Shown: positions 1 to 8,777 of the stretch, piece after piece | How the letters are laid out: every line of letters starts with the position of its first letter | Position numbering within the stretch: position 1 is the stretch's first letter | Assembly: GCA_041623215.1 (NCBI GenBank) | Contig: JBFJXH010000004.1 | Coordinates: 1-36,696 of the forward strand | Length of the DNA: 36,696 nucleotides | Source of the DNA: Thermoplasmatota archaeon | GTDB lineage: Archaea; Thermoplasmatota; E2; JACPAO01; JAHFTW01 | Direction: 5' to 3' | Notes under the pieces: model-generated | What the model saw: the letters and a program-made list of their open reading frames with translations, nothing else | Databases searched by the model: none | What the model was told of the DNA's origin: nothing | Translations under genes and position numbers: made by a program

Positions 1-303
1 ACTGGCCGTTTCGCCGAAGTCGACACGCCATGGCGCCTCGCTCACGTGCAGCGGACAAAGCCAAGGGGCGCGGATGTTGATAATCCAGTTGCCAGGATTG
101 GCTTCCGTAACAGTGCCGACGCACAGGTCACCCATGCGCGGATTGTAGTGGCCTTCCAGCGGAACGACGTCCACGCGGTCGCCGCGTTCCTGGACAAGGC
201 CCATCGTGGTGGCGACGTTGCGACCCGCTACTCGGCGGGCATTGTCACCGGCTTTCTTGTCTGCCGGCAATTCGTCGCCTGGCAGAACGATAGTTCGATT
301 CAT
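1..303 (-). CDS. rrp4: Exosome complex RNA-binding protein Rrp4 (N-terminal part; runs off the window edge)
   Basis: Not in the ORF track. Manual translation from ATG at 303: MNRTIVLPGDELPADKKAGDNARRVAGRNVATTMGLVQERGDRVDVVPLEGHYNPRMGDLCVGTVTEANPGNWIINIRAPWLCPLHVSEAPWRVDFGETAS. Has the IVxPGD start and the VxPLxGxYxPxxGD S1-domain entry. AAGGAG SD upstream; canonical position after SBDS. Confidence 0.92.
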   Translation of the reverse strand, partial: MNRTIVLPGDELPADKKAGDNARRVAGRNVATTMGLVQERGDRVDVVPLEGHYNPRMGDLCVGTVTEANPGNWIINIRAPWLCPLHVSEAPWRVDFGETAS

Positions 304-342
304 GTTGTTCTCCTTGGAATGGAATGGTTGTTTTCGTTTGCT

Positions 343-1059
343 TTAGTCCAATAGCCGCGTTTCCACGCTGCCATGGGTGGTTTGATTGAGTCGGTCATAC
401 ACTTCGGTTTGCGCCCCCGCCGGAATGCGCAGGACGGCAATGAGAGAGCCGTCGCCCTGCCATTCTTCCTTGGTCAGGTCGCCAAGGCTGCGAATGACGC
501 CGTAGGCGGTGCCGGTGTGCTCCGCGGGCACTTTGATGGCTACGCGTACCTGGGCCATGGCGATGGGCAGCAGGGGCCGGAGAATCTTCATGGCTTCCTG
601 CACCTGGTCTTCGACGCGGCGCAGCGGATCAGCGCGCCACTTAGCCTCCTCAAGGGCTCGCTCCAAGCGATCTTTGGGATGGGGGGTTTTGGTTTGCGGG
701 TTCCAGGCGTGGCGCGTGATGTGGGCGAGAATGCGCTTGTGCTTCTGCTCCAGCATACGCTTTCGTTGCTCCGTGGTCAGCTGCACATCGCCTTCGTCGA
801 GGATGCGGCGAGCGATGGCCGCCACGTCCGTGGTCTCGAAGCCCTGCGTGAGTTGCTCCGTGCTGGCCCGGTCGCCTTCTGACCAGTCAACAAAGACGTC
901 GTCCACAGCCAACGCATCGAGGACATCTTCGTCCGGGACCTCAGCATCGCCGCGCAGCCGATCCATGATGAGCTCGGCTTCCTCCGGGTCGATGAGGATT
1001 TCAAACGTGGTCCCGAACCGGGCGAGGCGAGCGATGACGGCGTCGTCTAGGCTTACCAT
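343..1059 (-). CDS. Ribosome maturation protein SBDS/Sdo1 family
   Basis: MVSLDDAVIARL..GTTFEILIDP, ILDEGDVQLTTEQRKRM and NPQTKTPHPKDRLERALEEA are SBDS hallmarks. ATG at 1059 is preceded by AAGGAG (track start is GTG 1065). Confidence 0.95.
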   Translation of the reverse strand: MVSLDDAVIARLARFGTTFEILIDPEEAELIMDRLRGDAEVPDEDVLDALAVDDVFVDWSEGDRASTEQLTQGFETTDVAAIARRILDEGDVQLTTEQRKRMLEQKHKRILAHITRHAWNPQTKTPHPKDRLERALEEAKWRADPLRRVEDQVQEAMKILRPLLPIAMAQVRVAIKVPAEHTGTAYGVIRSLGDLTKEEWQGDGSLIAVLRIPAGAQTEVYDRLNQTTHGSVETRLLD

Positions 1060-1061
1060 GG

Positions 1062-1907
1062 TCACTCCTTCTTGCCGCGCCCAGGTGCCGCGCCCTTGCG
1101 CCTCTTGGCGGCCCCCGTGCCTGCGGCGCCACCTGCACCGTCATCCGACTTGTCGTCCGCTGGCGCTGCACCTTCGTCGTCCCGTTTGTCGCCAAGCGCA
1201 CGCTTGACGTGACCCGCCACTTCGTCCGTGCCCAGCTTGGCAAACGGCGCGCCGGGAGCCACGGTAGCAATCTCAAGCGCATCGGCGTTGAGGTTGCCAT
1301 CTGTGGCGTGATGCAACGCCTTGAGTCCTAGCGCGATTGCGCCTTTGAGGTCAAGGTCGTGAGCGTAATGTTTCTCCAGGAATTCCATCGCTGGCTGGCG
1401 ACCGCTGCCCACGGCACTTGCATGGTATTCAATGAGCGCGCCAGAAGGGTCTGTTTCAAACAGGCGAGGCCCAGAATCGTCAACTCCTGCCATGAGAAGC
1501 GCGGTGCCAAAGGGACGACCGCCGCCAAATTGCGTGTGGACTTGCTTGTAGTCACAGACGCGCTTTACCAGGGTCTCGACCGGGATGGCCTCATCGTACG
1601 TGATGCGGTTCATCTGAGCCTCGACACGGGCCCGGTCCACAAGCGCGCGGGCATCCGCCACTAAACCACTGGTGGCGCAGCCCACATGCTCGTCCAGCGT
1701 GAACACCTTCTCGATGCTGCGGGGAACCACAAGACGCGAATTGACGCGTTTGTCCACGAGGAGCACAACGCCGGCATCGCAGCGAATGCCGAGGGCCGTG
1801 GTGCCGCGCTTGACTGCTTCGCGCGCGTATTCTACTTGGAACAATCGTCCATCGGGCGAAAAAACCGTGATTGCACGGTCGTAGGCCATGTTGCCTTGGG
1901 GTTGCAT
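1062..1907 (-). CDS. psmA: 20S proteasome alpha subunit
   Basis: YDRAITVFSPDGRLFQVEYAREAVKRG, GGGRPFG and LFETDPSG motifs. Probable start ATG 1907 (MQPQG) with GGAG SD. Confidence 0.98.
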   Translation of the reverse strand: MQPQGNMAYDRAITVFSPDGRLFQVEYAREAVKRGTTALGIRCDAGVVLLVDKRVNSRLVVPRSIEKVFTLDEHVGCATSGLVADARALVDRARVEAQMNRITYDEAIPVETLVKRVCDYKQVHTQFGGGRPFGTALLMAGVDDSGPRLFETDPSGALIEYHASAVGSGRQPAMEFLEKHYAHDLDLKGAIALGLKALHHATDGNLNADALEIATVAPGAPFAKLGTDEVAGHVKRALGDKRDDEGAAPADDKSDDGAGGAAGTGAAKRRKGAAPGRGKKE

Positions 1908-2033
1908 AATGTTCTCCACACACTGTGGAAGCGTGCCAACCAGCCGGCCCGAATGTGGTGGACCTGGGGGCGGGCACTACCCCGCCTGGCGGGGGTCACC
2001 TTCCGGTTTCAAGGCGCGCCAGCCAAGCCCTCG

Positions 2034-2040
2034 TTATAAA
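2034..2040 (-). promoter_or_regulatory. Putative TATA box (TTTATAA) for psmA-SBDS-rrp4
   Basis: Strong AT-rich box in a GC-rich divergent intergenic region. It also reads as a TATA box on the plus strand. Confidence 0.6.
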
Positions 2041-2097
2041 GTCGGCCCCGGGGGCAGGCGCCATCTGGCGACCCCTCAAGGTCACGGCAAAGGCACG

Positions 2098-2104
2098 ATA
2101 TATG
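2098..2104 (+). promoter_or_regulatory. Putative TATA box (ATATATG) for polC
   Basis: AT-rich box about 50 nt upstream of the probable TTG start at 2152. Confidence 0.45.
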
Positions 2105-2151
2105 TTGCGCGCCCGGCACCCTCAAACGCCTGGCCCGCGTGGCCTGCCACC

Positions 2152-5100
2152 TTGCCGGAACTGGCTGCCCCCGCGACCGCGAAAGGCCCCGCTGCCAGCC
2201 CGGCTCAGAAAGCCTATTTTGACCTGCTGCTGGGCGATGCAAAACGTTGCATTGCCGTCGCCAAGCAAGCGCGCCGCAAAGGCCTGGACCCGGACCTCGA
2301 TGTCGAGATTCCCTTGGCCGAGGACTTGGCCGCCCGCGTCGAGGCACAAGTGGGCCCCCCAGGTGTGGCCGAGCGCATCCGAGCCGTTACGAAGGAACTT
2401 GGCAACCGCGAATTGGTCAGCCTGCGAGTCGCCAGTGACGTCGTCGCCGACTTGAAGAAGCAGGGCGAGGCCCGGGCCAAGTGCCTCGACAATGCGGTTC
2501 GGACCGGCTTGTCGATTCTTACCGAAGGCGTGTTGGTAGCGCCGCTGGAGGGCATCGCCGAGGTCAAAATTGGCGCCAACAGCGACGGCTCCGACTACGT
2601 GGACTTGTTCTTCGCCGGTCCAATTCGGGCCGCCGGCGGCACGGGGCAAGCCATGAGCGTCCTGTTAGCGGACGTCGTACGCCGCGAACTGGGTATCGGC
2701 ACCTACATCCCGACCGACAGTGAAGTCGAGCGCTACAAAGAGGAGATTCCGGCTTACAAGCAATTGGCCAATCTCCAATACACACCCAGTGGGGCTGAAA
2801 TTGAACTCATCGCACGCAATTGCCCGGTTTGTATCAACGGCGAAGGCACGGAGCGGGAGGAAGTCACGGGCAACCGCGACCTGCCCCGCGTCGAGACCAA
2901 TCAGATTCGGTCGGGCGCGTGCTTGGTCATGGCCGAAGGGCTTGTCCTGAAAGCGCCCAAGTTGATGAAACACGTTGACAAGCTGGGCCTGGAGGGATGG
3001 GAATTTCTGGGCGAATTCATGAAGAAGGGCGCCAAGGACGATGCCGGCGACGGCGTTGCGGCGGACCCAGATGCCCTGCCGGAGATTCCTCCGATTGACA
3101 AGTGCGTCAAGGACATCATCGCCGGGCGGCCTGTCTTCAGCCACCCGAGCCAACGGGGGGGCTTTCGCCTTCGCTATGGCCGCAGCCGGACCGCGGGTCT
3201 AGCAGCCAATGCGTTTAGCCCGGCGACGATGGCTTTGGTGGACGATTTTCTGGCGGTGGGCACGCAACTCAAAATCGAACGGCCTGGCAAGGGGACCTTG
3301 GCGACGCCTTGCGATGAATTGGAGGGCCCAACGGTTCTGACCAAGCGCGGCGATTTGGTGCGCGTCGCGACAATGGCACAGGCGAAAGAGCTGCGCCATG
3401 CCATCGACGCCATCATGGACTTGGGCGAGATCCTGATTCCGTTTGGGGAGTTCGCGGAAAACAACGCTCTGCTGCCTCATGCCTCATGGGTGTGGGAGTG
3501 GTGGGTGCAGCTGCATCAGGACGACACAGGTGATCCGGATGACGTCCACCGACCCGGGACCTTGTCGGGCGAGGAAATGGTGAGCCTGGCAGAATCCACC
3601 AACGTTCCACTCCATCCCGACGGCACTCTGCTCTGGCATGACCTCGAGCCGCTGGAGGTACGCTCCTTGTCGGAGGCAATCGCCAAGGACGGCCTTTGGC
3701 AAGATGGCGGGCTTGTGGTTCCCGCCACCGACGAAGTGCACGCCTCGTTGATGCGGCTTTTGTGCTTGTTCACACGCCACGATGAGCAATTGCGCATCGA
3801 AGAGCCTCTGGCCGTGCCGCTTCTTCGTTGCCTCGGCCTTGACCTGGACGCAGACGGCCATGCCAAGGACGCGGCAGTAGCGCGCGTCATTCGAACACCC
3901 CGCGCCAGCATCCTGGCGGACCCGTGCCAACCAGACCTGGACCGCCACCAACCCACGGTGGACTTAGTGGGGCGCCTGGCAGGCTTCAAGGTCATGCCCC
4001 GCGCACCATGCCGGGTCGGCGGCCGGATGGGGCGCCCCGAAAAAGCCGACGTTCGCAAAATGACGCCGCCGCCGCATGGCCTCTTCCCGATTGGCAAGTC
4101 AGGCGGCAATCAGCGACTGGTGGGCGACGCGGCGGCCAAGGGAATCTTGGACCTCGAATTGGGAGAGCGTCAATGCCAGCAATGCGGCAAGAAGCATTGG
4201 CGCACCGTATGCGATTGCGGCGGCCACACGGTCTATCGCGAACCTCCGCCCAACTCGAACGTTGGTTTTGACCGCCCCACGACGCAAGTTGATGTCAAGG
4301 CCGAAGTGAAACGGGCGCTCGAGGCGCTGGGTCTGCGGCGCCTCCCAGATCCCACCAAGGCCGTGGTTGGCGTCGTCAACCGCGAAAAAGTTCCCGAGAT
4401 TCTCGAGAAATGCATTCTGCGCGCTAAACACGGACTCTGGGTGTTCAAGGACGGGACCGTGCGCTACGACATGACCGACGTCCCCATCACGCATTTTCGC
4501 CCTCGCGAAGTGCGAGCCCCCGTCGAGCGCCTGCGCGAGATTGGCTACACAATCGATGTGGCCGGCAACCCGTTAGAGGACGGCGAACAATTGCTCGAAC
4601 TTCGCGTCCAAGACGTCGTTGTCAGCAACGGTTGTGGCGACTATTTCCTCAAGGTTACCCATTACGTGGACGAGCTCCTAGAGACCGTGTACGGCTTGCC
4701 ACGCTTCTACAATTGTACCACGCGGGAAGACCTCATCGGGCACCAAATGATTGGCCTTGCACCCCACACGAGCGGCGGAGTCCTGTGTCGAATCGTAGGC
4801 TTCACGCGAGCCCAAGTACACTTTGGCCACCCGTATTTCCACGCCGCCAAACGGCGCAACTGCGACGGCGACGAAGACGCTTGCATGATGCTGCTGGAAG
4901 GCCTGCTTGACTTCAGCCGGCACTTTGTGCCGGACCGCCGCGGCGGCCTGATGGATTTGCCATTGGTTCTCACCACGCGCCTCGACCCCAACGAAATCGA
5001 CAAAGAGGCACACAACGTGGACACCTTGCGTCGCTACCCCGTCGCCTTCTACGAGGCGACCCGTAAGCACGCTCACCCCAAGGATGTCGCCGCCATCATG

Positions 5101-5616
5101 GGCCTCGTCGAGCAGCGAGTCGGCACCCCCGAGCAATACGAAGGATTCGGCTTCACGCACGATACCCACGACATCTCGGAAGGCCCGGCCGTATCCGCCT
5201 ACAAGACGTTGGGCTCCATGATGGACAAGATGACGGCGCAAATGGAACTGGCCAGGAAAATCGACGCCGTGGACGAACGGGACGTCGGCGCCAAGGTCAT
5301 CGGCACTCACTTCCTGCCCGACCTAATGGGCAACCTGAAGGCGTTTAGCAAGCAGAAGGTCCGGTGCCCACTCTGCAATGCCAAGTACCGCCGCATGCCC
5401 CTCAAGGGCGTGTGCCTCCAATGCAGCAACCCCAAGTTGACCCTCACCGTCCACGAGGGTTCGGTGCGAAAATACTTGCAAATCAGCAAGACCGTCGCGG
5501 ACCGCTACAACATCGACCCGTACACCAAGCAACGTATTCTGTTACTGGAGGAATCGGTGGAATCGGTGTTCAACAATGACAAGGTCAAGAAGGCCAAATT
5601 GACCGACTTCATGTAA
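2152..5616 (+). CDS. polC: DNA polymerase D large subunit DP2, no intein
   Basis: ARRKGLDP..VEIPLAEDLAARVE, FAGPIRAAGGT, GFRLRYGRSRT, catalytic HAAKRRNCDGDED, two Zn-ribbon regions and a PIP-like C-terminus (KLTDFM). The track start at 1888 overlaps psmA; TTG 2152 is my best estimate. Confidence 0.97.
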   Translation: MPELAAPATAKGPAASPAQKAYFDLLLGDAKRCIAVAKQARRKGLDPDLDVEIPLAEDLAARVEAQVGPPGVAERIRAVTKELGNRELVSLRVASDVVADLKKQGEARAKCLDNAVRTGLSILTEGVLVAPLEGIAEVKIGANSDGSDYVDLFFAGPIRAAGGTGQAMSVLLADVVRRELGIGTYIPTDSEVERYKEEIPAYKQLANLQYTPSGAEIELIARNCPVCINGEGTEREEVTGNRDLPRVETNQIRSGACLVMAEGLVLKAPKLMKHVDKLGLEGWEFLGEFMKKGAKDDAGDGVAADPDALPEIPPIDKCVKDIIAGRPVFSHPSQRGGFRLRYGRSRTAGLAANAFSPATMALVDDFLAVGTQLKIERPGKGTLATPCDELEGPTVLTKRGDLVRVATMAQAKELRHAIDAIMDLGEILIPFGEFAENNALLPHASWVWEWWVQLHQDDTGDPDDVHRPGTLSGEEMVSLAESTNVPLHPDGTLLWHDLEPLEVRSLSEAIAKDGLWQDGGLVVPATDEVHASLMRLLCLFTRHDEQLRIEEPLAVPLLRCLGLDLDADGHAKDAAVARVIRTPRASILADPCQPDLDRHQPTVDLVGRLAGFKVMPRAPCRVGGRMGRPEKADVRKMTPPPHGLFPIGKSGGNQRLVGDAAAKGILDLELGERQCQQCGKKHWRTVCDCGGHTVYREPPPNSNVGFDRPTTQVDVKAEVKRALEALGLRRLPDPTKAVVGVVNREKVPEILEKCILRAKHGLWVFKDGTVRYDMTDVPITHFRPREVRAPVERLREIGYTIDVAGNPLEDGEQLLELRVQDVVVSNGCGDYFLKVTHYVDELLETVYGLPRFYNCTTREDLIGHQMIGLAPHTSGGVLCRIVGFTRAQVHFGHPYFHAAKRRNCDGDEDACMMLLEGLLDFSRHFVPDRRGGLMDLPLVLTTRLDPNEIDKEAHNVDTLRRYPVAFYEATRKHAHPKDVAAIMGLVEQRVGTPEQYEGFGFTHDTHDISEGPAVSAYKTLGSMMDKMTAQMELARKIDAVDERDVGAKVIGTHFLPDLMGNLKAFSKQKVRCPLCNAKYRRMPLKGVCLQCSNPKLTLTVHEGSVRKYLQISKTVADRYNIDPYTKQRILLLEESVESVFNNDKVKKAKLTDFM

Positions 5617-5714
5617 ACGGCGTGCGAGCGCCCGGGGGACACACCGCCGAGGAGCCGGGCTCCACCGTTCGCCCTAGCTTTCGCTAAGCGAAACGTGGGT
5701 TTGGATGACCGCAC

Positions 5715-5861
5715 CTATGCGGCGCGGCGTTCCTTGGCCTTGACGCGCAAGTTCTTGGTGCGGCACTTGCGGCAGCGCTCCGCCTTGCGGGCGTTGGTAG
5801 CACCGCAGTGCATGCAGATCTTCTTGTCGAGTCGGCGCTTGACAGCTTCAGCGAAGGCCAT
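5715..5861 (-). CDS. rpl40e: 50S ribosomal protein L40e
   Basis: Not in the ORF track (48 aa): MAFAEAVKRRLDKKICMHCGATNARKAERCRKCRTKNLRVKAKERRAA, with the KKICxxCxAxN...CRKC Zn finger. GGTGA SD and a CATATATG box at 5896-5903. Confidence 0.96.
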   Translation of the reverse strand: MAFAEAVKRRLDKKICMHCGATNARKAERCRKCRTKNLRVKAKERRAA

Positions 5862-5936
5862 GGTCGGTCACCGGATGGGCGGCCGACCCAGGGCCCATAT
5901 ATGAGTGTGTGGGGAGAAGGCCGACCTGGCGGTCGT

Positions 5937-7565
5937 TCATGCCGTAGCAGCCGCTTCCCGCAGCCGGGCCACGACCCAGTCCCTGTCTTGGCTGGCCAGG
6001 AAAAAGCCGGCGCGGGGCCCACGGTCTTGGCCAAGAATCGCTCGATACACCGCGCGGAACGCCTGGCCGGGTTTGCGCTCCGTTTCGTCCTTGGCAGCAT
6101 AGATGGCGTCATGCACCGTTTGCCCGTTCCATTCAGCGGGCTCTAGGACGGCCAGGCGGCTCGCTAGGTCTGTGGCGAACGCACGGTCGCCGTCGTCGTA
6201 GGCCAAGTCGTTTGGCAGGTTTGGTTGAATTTGGAAACGCACGTTTTCTGGGGCAAAACGCGTCAGCCACGCGCGTACGTTGTCCAGGCGGGCGGCCAAG
6301 CCGGCCAGGCCGCCGTCGTCAAGCGCCGCCGTCAATTCGCCGCTTCGTCGCAGGACGGCTTGGACGCCTGCGGGATCGTCGGCCATTTGCGCAACGGTCA
6401 CGAGGTGCTTGTAGGGCACCTTGACCGGCAGCTTCGGCGGCGGGCTTCCCGGACACGACAATTCGTAGGTTGCCGCCACTTCCGTGACGTCCCCGGGGTT
6501 TTCCTCGAGGCCAAAGTGAATGCGTTCATGGCGGTCAAAATCCTCCACGAGGCCCAAGAGTCCGAGGCCGGGGTCGAAGTCAATGTGCTTGCGGGGGGAT
6601 TGGCGCACGAGCAGATACCTGAGCACTTCTGCCGGCACGGTGGTAAGTAGGTCGGTGGCGGCCACGGCGTTGCCGGTGCTGCTGTGCATGGCGCCTTGGC
6701 CCTTGAGTTGAAGAAATTCGTACATGACGTGGTGTGGTTCCGTGGCGTCAAAGACGTCGCGCACCAGGCGCTTGCCGGTGTCCCACGAGCCGCCGGCCGC
6801 GCCGTGATCTTTTCCGAACGCTTCGAAGGTGACCCCCAGGAAGGTCCAGCGGGCGGGCCAGTCGAGGCGCCAGGGCAACTTCCCGATGCCGGGCTTGCTT
6901 GCATCCAGCTCGAAGGTGCCGGCGTCTGGGTCCTCGGTCCCGACTCCACAATGGGTGCAACGGCAATGGAGAATGGGGCGCACGTAATCCAGAACGTCCA
7001 CACCGGAGATGCGGCGGCAACTCGGGCATTGCGGGTTGAAAGGCGCCCAGCGCTTGGGCAGTTGGCGTTTCGAGACTTCCTCAATGATGGCGCGGCACGT
7101 GTCGGCTTGGTCCAGCGCCGTCAAGGTGGCGTCCGTGTACGAGCCGTCATGGTACAAGTCGTAGGCCGACAGGACGGTTGGCTCGACGCCCAGGTCCCTG
7201 AGCGCGGCCAGGAATGGTTCGAGGAAGTGTTCGGCATAATTGCCGTGCTTGCCGCAACCTTCCGGCTGGCCAGTTGCGTCCGGGCACGGGATTTCGCGTA
7301 GTGGACGACCCACGAATTGCTCGTACGCGTCGTCGAGAAACGGATACACCTTCCGCAGCGGATCATAATCATCGGCGATGTACAACAGCTCGCAGGTGCC
7401 GCCGGCAGCTACCGTGCGGCGGAAGATGGCCTCCGTCGTCAGAACCTCGCGCATGTTGCCGACGTGAATGGGGCCGCTCGGCGTGATGGCCGTGGCGAAG
7501 ACTTGCTTGTCTTGGCCATGGCGCTCCATCAGGGTGGCGGCCTCCACGTCTGCCCAGTGGGTCAC
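5937..7565 (-). CDS. lysS: Lysine--tRNA ligase, class I
   Basis: HWAD N-terminus, ITPSGPIHVGNMRE (HIGH-like), DDYDPLRKV, GKLPWRLDWPARW, FEAFGKDH and GPRAGFF. Confidence 0.97.
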   Translation of the reverse strand: MTHWADVEAATLMERHGQDKQVFATAITPSGPIHVGNMREVLTTEAIFRRTVAAGGTCELLYIADDYDPLRKVYPFLDDAYEQFVGRPLREIPCPDATGQPEGCGKHGNYAEHFLEPFLAALRDLGVEPTVLSAYDLYHDGSYTDATLTALDQADTCRAIIEEVSKRQLPKRWAPFNPQCPSCRRISGVDVLDYVRPILHCRCTHCGVGTEDPDAGTFELDASKPGIGKLPWRLDWPARWTFLGVTFEAFGKDHGAAGGSWDTGKRLVRDVFDATEPHHVMYEFLQLKGQGAMHSSTGNAVAATDLLTTVPAEVLRYLLVRQSPRKHIDFDPGLGLLGLVEDFDRHERIHFGLEENPGDVTEVAATYELSCPGSPPPKLPVKVPYKHLVTVAQMADDPAGVQAVLRRSGELTAALDDGGLAGLAARLDNVRAWLTRFAPENVRFQIQPNLPNDLAYDDGDRAFATDLASRLAVLEPAEWNGQTVHDAIYAAKDETERKPGQAFRAVYRAILGQDRGPRAGFFLASQDRDWVVARLREAAATA

Positions 7566-7649
7566 GAAGCGGCGACCTTGCCAGCGTTCTTAACGGCGGT
7601 GACGGGCAATGGTCAAATGGCCGACCCAGGTCGGCGCGCCCTACCCCAC

Positions 7650-7723
7650 GGACCTGTGGTGTAGCTTGGATATCACCGGGCCCTCCGGAGGCCCAGACGG
7701 GGGTTCGAATCCCCTCGGGTCCG
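7650..7723 (+). tRNA. tRNA-Arg (anticodon CCG), intronless, CCA not encoded
   Basis: Acceptor stem GGACCTG/CGGGTCC, anticodon arm GGGCC-CT-CCG-GA-GGCCC, T arm GGGGG-TTCGAAT-CCCCT. Confidence 0.96.
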
Positions 7724-7798
7724 TTCGTTGCTCCGCCCTCCCCGTTGGCATGGCTCCTGCGGCCATATCCAGGGGCTGCCGCGCGCGCCCTGGCAGGC

Positions 7799-8563
7799 CT
7801 ATTGGCGCACTTCGATGACGTGTTCGTGCGTCCAGTAGTCAAATTGGGTGCCATCATCGGTCACGACGCGCAGATGGCCACGAAGATACCAGGTGCCGCT
7901 GCTCGGATACTTGCAACTAACGGAGATACTGCTTGGCAGGCTAACGGCTGCAGGTTCGTGGCTGCACGCGTGCGCTGAGGCGAGGTTTTCCGACGGCGCG
8001 TCGTGGGAGCGGTCCCAGAAGTGACCCCCGACGTGTTCGGTGATGACGCCAGCCGGTCCATCGATGCGCAGGTCGAAGGCGGGCTCGTCGTCGGGATGAA
8101 TGTCATTGCGGATGTCGCTCGGCGTCAACAGGTAGCTTTCGCCGTCGAGGGCCACGATGCGATGAACGGGGCTCCAGTAATGGTACGTGGTGGTTGCATC
8201 GGGATCCAGCTTGGCGTGGCCGTGGACATAGTGGTCGCCCGATTGCGTGAACGTGCAGGTGGCCACGAAGGCGCCGGGCAGGTCAGTTTTGGCCGATTCG
8301 TGCTCGCAGCTGAGCGCCGCCCCAATGGCCAAGGTTGGGTCACTGGGCGCGTCGCTCCAATAGTGTGCACCAGCGTGGTCCGTGGTCGCGGCCGCCGAAC
8401 CACTCGCAATCACGCGCATGTCCACCGGCTTGCCAACAACTACGACTTCCGGTGCATCGGCAAGCGCCAGGCGGAACGAGCCGGGGCCCACATCGCCACC
8501 GCCCGTGCAGCCCGCCAGCGCCGTAGCGGCCAGAAGCGCGGTTGCCAACATCGTGACACGCAC
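7799..8563 (-). CDS. Putative lipoprotein with two tandem His/Cys-conserved ~110-aa domains
   Basis: Signal peptide with lipobox (MRVTMLATALLAATALAG-C) from GTG 8563. The internal duplication is visible in the translation. Confidence 0.8.
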   Translation of the reverse strand: MRVTMLATALLAATALAGCTGGGDVGPGSFRLALADAPEVVVVGKPVDMRVIASGSAAATTDHAGAHYWSDAPSDPTLAIGAALSCEHESAKTDLPGAFVATCTFTQSGDHYVHGHAKLDPDATTTYHYWSPVHRIVALDGESYLLTPSDIRNDIHPDDEPAFDLRIDGPAGVITEHVGGHFWDRSHDAPSENLASAHACSHEPAAVSLPSSISVSCKYPSSGTWYLRGHLRVVTDDGTQFDYWTHEHVIEVRQ

Positions 8564-8777
8564 CGATGACGGGATGCACAAGCTTCGTGCGGACGCGCTC
8601 CGGCGGTACAAGTCGAGCAGGTACACGGACGAAGATGTGGCCATTGGCTCAAAGAATGGTCGGCATGAAACGGCTCAACCGGCACCCCTTGCCCGGCCCG
8701 GCGGGCCAGCAGATAGAACCACAACCATCAAAGGCCGCCCTCCTGTGGTCCCTCCTGGAGCGGCGCAAGCCGTTAGG

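Noticed and set aside
1..1907. Proteasome-SBDS-exosome gene clustering
   Set aside because: This is a well-known conserved archaeal superoperon.
1888..2151. N-terminal extension of DP2 in the ORF track (similar extensions at 8382, 14410, 21356, 23516, 23728)
   Set aside because: These extensions overlap divergent genes or promoters and read as non-protein-like. They are longest-ORF artefacts of GC-rich DNA.
4840..4880. Possible intein in DP2
   Set aside because: The usual insertion site HAAKRRN/CDGDED is contiguous and the protein length is normal.
5637..5646. 10-mer GGACACACCG also present (minus strand) in the hairpin near 26540
   Set aside because: A single shared 10-mer is expected by chance in 37 kb, and the flanks do not match.
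6670..6705. KMSKS motif replaced by AMHSS in LysRS
   Set aside because: Class I LysRS enzymes have variable KMSKS loops and I recall this variant in other euryarchaea. It is not evidence of inactivation.
7724..8563. Integrated element at the tRNA-Arg 3' end
   Set aside because: No integrase, no visible duplication of the tRNA 3' end and no obvious composition shift.
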